64,000 nt of DNA from an uncultured Fidelibacterota bacterium. Its GTDB lineage: Bacteria; Fidelibacterota; Marinisomatia; Marinisomatales; Marinisomataceae. The stretch is from NCBI GenBank assembly GCA_902578385.1, contig CACHCR010000005.1, positions 2,707-66,706 on the forward strand, read 5' to 3'. The notes under the pieces were generated by a model. It ran no database searches. It was not told where the DNA came from and saw nothing but the letters and a program-made list of their open reading frames with translations. This document shows positions 11,367 to 18,202 of this stretch, piece after piece (position 1 is the first letter of the stretch; every line of letters starts with the position of its first letter). Position numbers and translations under genes: made by a program.

Positions 11367-11406
11367 AAGATAGCTCCCGATTTCATTGAAGTTGGGAGCA
11401 TCTTTT
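11367..11406 (+). terminator. Intrinsic terminator-like hairpin after ftsA
   Basis: GCTCCCGATTTC-ATT-GAAGTTGGGAGC stem (two G-U pairs) followed by ATCTTTT. Confidence 0.75.
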
Positions 11407-11446
11407 AATCTTTGCTATCTATCTTCGTTCTATTAAATTCTGAACT

Positions 11447-11773
11447 ATGACAAACTTTTGGGAAGACCTAAAGAAAAATATAACTGAGTGGAGTATTGTT
11501 GCTTCAGAAAAAGCTGAAGAATTTACTCATGCAAGCAAGTTTAGAATTGATATTATTCAGTTAGAAAGAAAATTGTCAAGTCTTTATGTCAAACTTGGAC
11601 TGTATGTTTTTTCAAAAACCAAAGATAAAAACGTATTGAATTTTGTTGGAGATAAGAAATATCTTTCAATTGTTGACAACATTGATTCAATTAAGTCAAA
11701 TATTTCGGATATAAAGAAAGAAATTAATCATGAAGAAAATACATCTGATAAAGAGTTAAATAATGATAAATAA
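11447..11773 (+). CDS. Hypothetical coiled-coil protein
   Basis: 108-aa ORF, helical pattern, overlaps next gene start. Confidence 0.7.
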   Translation: MTNFWEDLKKNITEWSIVASEKAEEFTHASKFRIDIIQLERKLSSLYVKLGLYVFSKTKDKNVLNFVGDKKYLSIVDNIDSIKSNISDIKKEINHEENTSDKELNNDK

Positions 11774-12659
11774 GAAAAAATTTTCATTTCAGTTTCTTTC
11801 ATCAGAAAAACTTCATCAAGTAAACTTTTCTATTTCAAACTTTTTAATTTTTTTTACAGTTTTTACTGTTTCATTTATTGCCATAAACTATTCTTTAACA
11901 CAAAAATTTTCTGATGAATATTATAAAGAAAAATTGAAGCAGACCGATGAAAAGTATTCTGCAATTTCACAAGAATTAATTGACAAAATTTCAAAACTTG
12001 AACAGGAATTAAAACTTATAGAAGAAAAGGATTCAGAATTAAGAACTTATGCTACTTTAGCTCCATTAAGTGATGATGTTAAAGCTAAAGGAGTCGGTGG
12101 TTCTACTATTGAAGATTCATCAACTGAAGATTTAGATGGTAGTAGTATAATGTTATTGAAAGATAGAGTAGACTCTCTTGCTTTTGCAGTTGATATCCAA
12201 AAAGATAGTTATAATACAATTTTTAATAAAATTAAATCAAACGAAAAAATGTTTAGGCATATTCCCTCAATTGCTCCTGTTAAAGGTTATATAGGGTCTA
12301 GATACGGATATCGAACAGATCCAATTGATGGAAAAAGAAGAATGCATTCAGGGCTTGATTTTCCAGTTAATTTAAATACAGATGTAGTTGCTACAGGAGA
12401 CGGAGTAGTTACTAAAGCACAGTATGATTCTGGATGGGGTAGATATATTAAAATCGATCATGGTTACGGTTATGAGACTATATATGCGCACCTTTGGAAA
12501 ATTAATGTTAAAAAAGGTCAAAAAGTTAAACGCGGCGATAAAATTGGTAAATCTGGAAATAGTGGAAGGGCTGCTGGTTTTCATCTTCACTATGAAGTAC
12601 ATAAGAATAACAAAACTGTAGATCCATTAAGATATTTCTTTACTGGATATATAGACTAA
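11763..12659 (+). CDS. M23 family metallopeptidase (murein endopeptidase)
   Basis: TM + coiled coil + HSGLDF (HxxxD), YAHL, HLHYEV. Confidence 0.93.
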   Translation: MINKKKFSFQFLSSEKLHQVNFSISNFLIFFTVFTVSFIAINYSLTQKFSDEYYKEKLKQTDEKYSAISQELIDKISKLEQELKLIEEKDSELRTYATLAPLSDDVKAKGVGGSTIEDSSTEDLDGSSIMLLKDRVDSLAFAVDIQKDSYNTIFNKIKSNEKMFRHIPSIAPVKGYIGSRYGYRTDPIDGKRRMHSGLDFPVNLNTDVVATGDGVVTKAQYDSGWGRYIKIDHGYGYETIYAHLWKINVKKGQKVKRGDKIGKSGNSGRAAGFHLHYEVHKNNKTVDPLRYFFTGYID

Positions 12660-13984
12660 TGAATACTTCTATAATTAAAAAGTTTGCCTTAGAAACTTAT
12701 GGCTGTCAAATGAATGTCGCAGACTCTGAGCTTGTTGAAGGTATTTTGACTAATCTTGGTTTAGAAAAGACCTCAGATTATGATGAAGCAGATGCAATTT
12801 TTTTGAATACGTGTGCAATCAGAGAAAATGCCGAAACTAAAGTACATTCTAAGTTAGGAAATCTTCAAAAAATTAAGCTTAATAAACCCCATTTAATTAT
12901 TGGTGTTTTGGGTTGCATGGCACAAAATCTAAAAGATGATTTATTGAAAAATAAACCTTATGTAGATATTATTTTGGGTCCTGATTCTTACAGAAAAATT
13001 CCTGATTTGATTAATAGGCATGTCACTGATAATAAAAGTATTGTTGATACAAAACTTTCAAGATATGAAGTATATGAAAATTTGTTTCCATCTAGAGGGG
13101 ATACTTTTAATGCTTGGGTTTCAATTATGAGAGGGTGTGACAAATTCTGTTCTTTTTGTATTGTACCCTTTACTAGAGGAAGAGAGCGTAGTAGGAGTGT
13201 AGAAAGTATCGTTAAAGAAGTTAAAAAAGCTGTTGACCAAGGTTTTGTTGAGATTACACTTTTAGGACAAAACGTTAATTCTTATAATTTTGAAGGTAAA
13301 TCTTTTTCAGACTTATTATTAGATGTTTCTAATATTGATGGAGTTAAAAGAATTCGATACACCTCTCCTCATCCTCAAGATATCAATCAAGAATTATTGG
13401 AGGTAATGGCATCAAGACAAAATATTTGTAATTATGTTCATTTTCCAATGCAGTCTGGTTCAAATGAAGTTCTAAAAAGAATGAATAGAACATACACTAG
13501 AGAACATTTTTATGATATGGCCATGAAAATTAGAGAAATTATGCCTAGTTGCGGTTTATCTACTGATATTATTGTTGGTTTTCCCGGAGAAACAGATGAT
13601 CAATATAGAGAAACTTTAGACTTGATGGAAGCTATCAAGTTTAATTCAGCATTTACATTCAAATATTCACCAAGACCATATACAAAAGCAGAGCAATTTT
13701 CTGATCAAATATCAGAACAAGTCAAAAAAGATAGATTAGATGAAATGTTAATACTTCAAAGAAAACACACATTAGAATTAAATCAAAAAATGGTAGGTTC
13801 ATTTCAAAAAGTATTAATTGAAAAAGAGAGTAAAAAATCAAATATGCATTGGGCTGGAAGAACTGATTCTAATGAATGGGTGATAATTGAGAAAAATAAT
13901 AGTAATATTAAAGATATTGTGCCAGTTGAAATTACTGGTGCAACAGGTGTAATATTGCATGGAAAAGAAATCACAGGAGCGTAA
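12659..13984 (+). CDS. miaB: tRNA ms2i6A37 methylthiotransferase MiaB
   Basis: TYGCQMN, NTCAIRENAE, GCMAQ, radical SAM CDKFCSFC, TDIIVGFPGET. Confidence 0.97.
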   Translation: MNTSIIKKFALETYGCQMNVADSELVEGILTNLGLEKTSDYDEADAIFLNTCAIRENAETKVHSKLGNLQKIKLNKPHLIIGVLGCMAQNLKDDLLKNKPYVDIILGPDSYRKIPDLINRHVTDNKSIVDTKLSRYEVYENLFPSRGDTFNAWVSIMRGCDKFCSFCIVPFTRGRERSRSVESIVKEVKKAVDQGFVEITLLGQNVNSYNFEGKSFSDLLLDVSNIDGVKRIRYTSPHPQDINQELLEVMASRQNICNYVHFPMQSGSNEVLKRMNRTYTREHFYDMAMKIREIMPSCGLSTDIIVGFPGETDDQYRETLDLMEAIKFNSAFTFKYSPRPYTKAEQFSDQISEQVKKDRLDEMLILQRKHTLELNQKMVGSFQKVLIEKESKKSNMHWAGRTDSNEWVIIEKNNSNIKDIVPVEITGATGVILHGKEITGA

Positions 13985-14298
13985 TGTTTAGAGTCATAAG
14001 AGTTTTACTTATCTTGGGAGTACTAGCAGGTACTTTTTTGCTTTTTGACAAAAATAGTGAGAGTATAACGATTTATTTTTTTAGAGATAATGGATATGAT
14101 ATACCTGGATATCTTGCTTTTATTGGTTTCATTATGATTGGTGTGATTATAGGCTATATTATATCTCTAAAATCAGTGTTCTCCTACAGATCAGAAATTT
14201 CCAAACTAGTTAAGTCAAATAAAGAAATTTCAGAAGAGCTTGATAGTTTAAGAAATGTAGCCGTAGGCGAAGAATTTAGTTTCTCCGATAAGGAGTAA
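13984..14298 (+). CDS. LapA-family small membrane protein
   Basis: Two TM segments plus coiled-coil tail, directly upstream of lapB-like gene. Confidence 0.7.
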   Translation: MFRVIRVLLILGVLAGTFLLFDKNSESITIYFFRDNGYDIPGYLAFIGFIMIGVIIGYIISLKSVFSYRSEISKLVKSNKEISEELDSLRNVAVGEEFSFSDKE

Positions 14299-14302
14299 TT
14301 AT

Positions 14303-15352
14303 TTGGAATTTTTAGTTCTAAGCAATTTCCAAATTTTTTTAATAATTCTATCAGTTATTGTACTGATAATTTTCACTTTAGTTAATAATCGTTCAAAGAA
14401 TATCCCAACTGATACTGAAGCATTTAATTATGCATTAAAAGCATTAGTAGATGGCGATAAAGACAAAGCTTATAACTTATTAAGAGATATTATTTCTAAA
14501 GATTCAAATAATATTGATGCATATTTATTACTCGGAGACATTGTTAGAGAAAAAGATGTAAATCAAGCAATAAAAATTCATCAAACAGTAGTATTGAGGC
14601 CTCAAATAACTAAAGAAAAAAAAATTGAGGCTCACAAAGCTTTAGCAAAAGACTTTCTCAAAGACAAAAATATAATTAGAGCAGAAAGTGAATTAAATAA
14701 CATCTTACATATTGATTCATCTAACAAGTTTGCTCTAAGAGAGTTAAAGTATATTGCTACAGAAAATAAAAATTGGAAAGATGCGCTTAAATTAGAAAAA
14801 AAGTTAATGAAAATAGACATTAACCATAAAAAAAATGATGAATCTATGTTGAATTATTTTATTGCTATGGATTATAAGTCAAAAGATAATATTAAAAATT
14901 ATGTTTACTATCTTGAAAAAAGTGCTAAATCTGAAAATATTTATCCTGATTCTGCACTAGAGCTTGCAAATCATAACATGAGTAATGCTGAATTAGCAAT
15001 TTCATATTACAAGCTTTATGCGAAGCATATGCCATCTCAAAGAACTGTGGCATTTAATAAGATAGAAAATATTTTATTTGATAGTCAAAAATATGATGAA
15101 GTTGAAAATCTTTATAGAAGTTTATTAGAAAATGATTTTGATGGATTTGCTCTAAATAGATTAATTGATATTTTATTAGAAAAAAATGAAGTTTCAGATG
15201 CTAATGATCTTGTAGATAAATTTATGAAAAGTAATCATACTTGCCATTCTATAAGATTAAATAAATTAAAATTAGAATCAAGCAGTTTTGAAGTGAGAAA
15301 ATCTATTTCTTCCTTATGCAATGAGATGATTAAAGATGAAATTATTAAGTAA
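14303..15352 (+). CDS. LapB-like TPR protein
   Basis: N-terminal TM, AYLLLGDIVRE..DVNQAIKIHQ and ALAKDFL TPR motifs; no C-terminal CxxC pairs. Confidence 0.75.
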   Translation: MEFLVLSNFQIFLIILSVIVLIIFTLVNNRSKNIPTDTEAFNYALKALVDGDKDKAYNLLRDIISKDSNNIDAYLLLGDIVREKDVNQAIKIHQTVVLRPQITKEKKIEAHKALAKDFLKDKNIIRAESELNNILHIDSSNKFALRELKYIATENKNWKDALKLEKKLMKIDINHKKNDESMLNYFIAMDYKSKDNIKNYVYYLEKSAKSENIYPDSALELANHNMSNAELAISYYKLYAKHMPSQRTVAFNKIENILFDSQKYDEVENLYRSLLENDFDGFALNRLIDILLEKNEVSDANDLVDKFMKSNHTCHSIRLNKLKLESSSFEVRKSISSLCNEMIKDEIIK

Positions 15353-15974
15353 AACAATAATATTTTGCAGCACTATTGTTACTTTGATAGCTCAAAACGC
15401 CAATTTAGATCTTAGGTATGAACAAGCAATAAAGCTTACAAATGCGGATGATGCTTTAAAAATTTATGAAGAAATTATTAGCTCGAATCTGGAATCTGAT
15501 TATGTATGGCTTTCAAAGTTAAAAAAAGCCGAAATGTATTATGCTCGAGGTTCTTATATTACATCTTCAAATATTTTGAAAGAGTTTAATTTAAAAGCTC
15601 CAATTCACCTCCAAAGTCAGTCTGCAAAAAATTTATTATATAAATCGTTAAATGCTGCGGGAGAATCAGACACATTAAAAGTTTACCAAAAATTATTATC
15701 ATCAAAAAAAACCAAAAAAAATTCAGCAAAAACTTCTAAGAATAATAAAGTATGGTTTATCCAGTTTGGTGCTTTTTCTTCATTGGATAACGCTAAAGTC
15801 CTTAAAGAATCATTAGATGAAGAAAAAATAAGTGACACACGAATTGATCAAGTATTTAGAAATGGAAGAATGATTTATTATGTTAGAAGTTCACATTACA
15901 ATTCATATGATAAGGTATTAAACAAAAGTAAGAAGCTTAAAGGAAAGACTAAGTTTACTATTGGCGGTTTTTAA
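15336..15974 (+). CDS. Secreted TPR + SPOR domain protein
   Basis: Signal peptide, TPR-like helices, WFIQFGAFSSLDNA SPOR motif. Confidence 0.8.
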   Translation: MKLLSKTIIFCSTIVTLIAQNANLDLRYEQAIKLTNADDALKIYEEIISSNLESDYVWLSKLKKAEMYYARGSYITSSNILKEFNLKAPIHLQSQSAKNLLYKSLNAAGESDTLKVYQKLLSSKKTKKNSAKTSKNNKVWFIQFGAFSSLDNAKVLKESLDEEKISDTRIDQVFRNGRMIYYVRSSHYNSYDKVLNKSKKLKGKTKFTIGGF

Positions 15975-15976
15975 AA

Positions 15977-17818
15977 TTACTTTTTCGCAGCAAGATATAA
16001 TCTATGTAAGATTATCAAAATTAAAGTTATCCCCACAATATCATTAAAAGGGGAGGGTAGTGATAAGTTTGGCCAATAGTTTTTATCAAAGAATAAAGGA
16101 ACAGCTATAAAAATTGCCATTAAAGCTTCCCCAGTAATTAACCCAGAAGCTATTAAAAGCCCATTATTTTTACCTTCATCTGAAGCGCTTTTACTAGCTA
16201 TATGATTAAGCATTCCTCCAATAAAAATGGGAAGAGTTAATTCTATTGGAAGATATATTCCAATAGCTACTGCTAAAATCGGAACCCTAAAATCTGCATT
16301 TCTATATGCCTGGTATTGATCAATTAGAATGATAATGATTCCTAAAAAAGCTCCTGCATAAATCATTCCCCATTCTAAGTTTCCAGCAAAAACTCCATTG
16401 GCAACATTAGTCATTAGAACTGCTTGGGGAGCAGGTAAATCAGAACTACCGATGCCATAAGCCTCATGAAGAAGTGTCAAAACAATTCCAAGTGTTAAAG
16501 CAGCACTGACAACACCTACTAATTGCATAATTTGCTGCTTCCATGGAGTAGCACCTACTATATTTCCAGTTTTTAGATCTTGAAGGTTGTCACCACCAAT
16601 TGCTGCTGCACAACACACAACTGCACCAATTAATATTGCTGCAGCTGCTCCTTTTGATGAATCAACATCAAAAAAGGTAATAATAAGTAATGAGCTAAAT
16701 AATATAGTTGCAATTGTAACACCTGATATAGGATTATTTGATGATCCAACGACTCCTGCCATGTATGCAGCCACTGCAGAAAAAAGAAAGCCAAAAATTG
16801 CCATTACAAAAGATAAAATAATTGCCGAAGTCCATGATCCTATAATTCCAAAGTATGTTAATGATATAGGAATTAACATCATCACAATAGCCATAAAAAC
16901 ATAATTAATTGGTAAGTCCCTTTCTTCGAGAGAAATATTATCTGAGCTTTCTCTGAGTGTTTTCAAACTTAATTGAATGCTTTCAATCAAAGGTTTTGCA
17001 AGTTGAATTACAGACCAAATTCCGCCAACAACCATAGCGCCTACACCTAGATATCGTATTTTTGCATTCCATATTATATTTGCACTTTCAAAGTAATTAT
17101 CACCCTCAAATCCATATAGGTAAGAGTAAATAGGAATTGCCACAGCCCATGAAATAAGTCCACCAGTAAAAGCTAAAATACCAATATTTCTACCAACAAT
17201 ATATCCTACACTAAACAATGAAGGAGATAGACTTGCTCCCATTCCAAATAATGCTCCTTTAATAGCTACTGCTCCTCCAAGAGCACTTGACCAAACACCA
17301 AATGCTAATTCTCCAAGTTTTACTACTCCTCCCACAAGAGCAGAGAAACCAATCATTTTTAAACTTTTTTGGGATTTTTCAGCATCTGTTTCATGTCCTG
17401 TTTTTAAAACAGCTGCTGTTGCAACGCCTTCTGGAAAGCGTAATTGTGCTTTTAATATTAATGCCCTTCTTAGAGGAACTGTAAATAATGCTCCAAGAAT
17501 TCCACCAACCATAGCAATTTTTGTTACTTCCCAGTAGCTAATGGTATCCCAATAGCCAACAAGTAGAAGAGCAGGTAGTGTAAAAATAACTCCAGCAGCT
17601 AATGATTCTCCAGCCGATGCTGCAGTTTGAACAATATTATTTTCTAATATGTTAGATTCTTTAAAAAGTCTAAGTATCCCCATTGACATTATAGCTGCAG
17701 GAATGGAAGCAGAGATAGTCATCCCAGCATAAAGGCCTAAATATGTCATGGCAGATGATAGAATTATTGATAGAAAAATACTTAAAAAAAACGCTTTGAC
17801 TGTAATCTCATTTTTCAT
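15977..17818 (-). CDS. OPT-family oligopeptide/metal-chelate transporter
   Basis: YLGLYAGMTISASIPAA, ENNIVQTAASAGE, FPEGVATA, GSSNNPISG, LQDLKTG, LPAPQA. Confidence 0.95.
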   Translation of the reverse strand: MKNEITVKAFFLSIFLSIILSSAMTYLGLYAGMTISASIPAAIMSMGILRLFKESNILENNIVQTAASAGESLAAGVIFTLPALLLVGYWDTISYWEVTKIAMVGGILGALFTVPLRRALILKAQLRFPEGVATAAVLKTGHETDAEKSQKSLKMIGFSALVGGVVKLGELAFGVWSSALGGAVAIKGALFGMGASLSPSLFSVGYIVGRNIGILAFTGGLISWAVAIPIYSYLYGFEGDNYFESANIIWNAKIRYLGVGAMVVGGIWSVIQLAKPLIESIQLSLKTLRESSDNISLEERDLPINYVFMAIVMMLIPISLTYFGIIGSWTSAIILSFVMAIFGFLFSAVAAYMAGVVGSSNNPISGVTIATILFSSLLIITFFDVDSSKGAAAAILIGAVVCCAAAIGGDNLQDLKTGNIVGATPWKQQIMQLVGVVSAALTLGIVLTLLHEAYGIGSSDLPAPQAVLMTNVANGVFAGNLEWGMIYAGAFLGIIIILIDQYQAYRNADFRVPILAVAIGIYLPIELTLPIFIGGMLNHIASKSASDEGKNNGLLIASGLITGEALMAIFIAVPLFFDKNYWPNLSLPSPFNDIVGITLILIILHRLYLAAKK

Positions 17819-17849
17819 AATCTTAACTTAATAAATTTTTAAAGTAAAA

Positions 17850-18146
17850 ATGAAAAAAACTATTCTAAGCATAACAATTCTTTCTTTTACCTTCCTTAGT
17901 TTACATGTACATAGTCATAAACATGAGCATGCATTCGATGAAGATCATGCTTCAGATCATATTACGGTAGAGGAAGATTGTGGTTTTTGTTTGTTCAATA
18001 GTGAGGATTCATTAGCAGAATCGTCGACATTTTCTGCAAAAATTCACTTTAAAAATATTTCTTTAGAAAAGTATATAGTCAACTATATATCTTTCAGATT
18101 ATCTTGTTTCTTAAACAAGTCCCCCCCCTCAATAATTAACTCATGA
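17850..18146 (+). CDS. DUF2946/CruR-like His- and CxxC-containing leader protein
   Basis: Signal-like N-terminus, HVHSHKHEH, DCGFC, C-terminal NKSPP; immediately upstream of a TonB receptor. Confidence 0.72.
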   Translation: MKKTILSITILSFTFLSLHVHSHKHEHAFDEDHASDHITVEEDCGFCLFNSEDSLAESSTFSAKIHFKNISLEKYIVNYISFRLSCFLNKSPPSIINS

Positions 18147-18150
18147 CAAG

Positions 18151-18179
18151 TTGATATCAGTTTTTGATATCAAAGTTTT
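18151..18179 (+). promoter_or_regulatory. 9-bp inverted repeat between leader and receptor (attenuator/terminator or operator candidate)
   Basis: TTGATATCA-GTTTT-TGATATCAA followed by AGTTTT. Confidence 0.5.
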
Positions 18180-18202
18180 AACAAATCATTTTAGGAGAAA
18201 AA

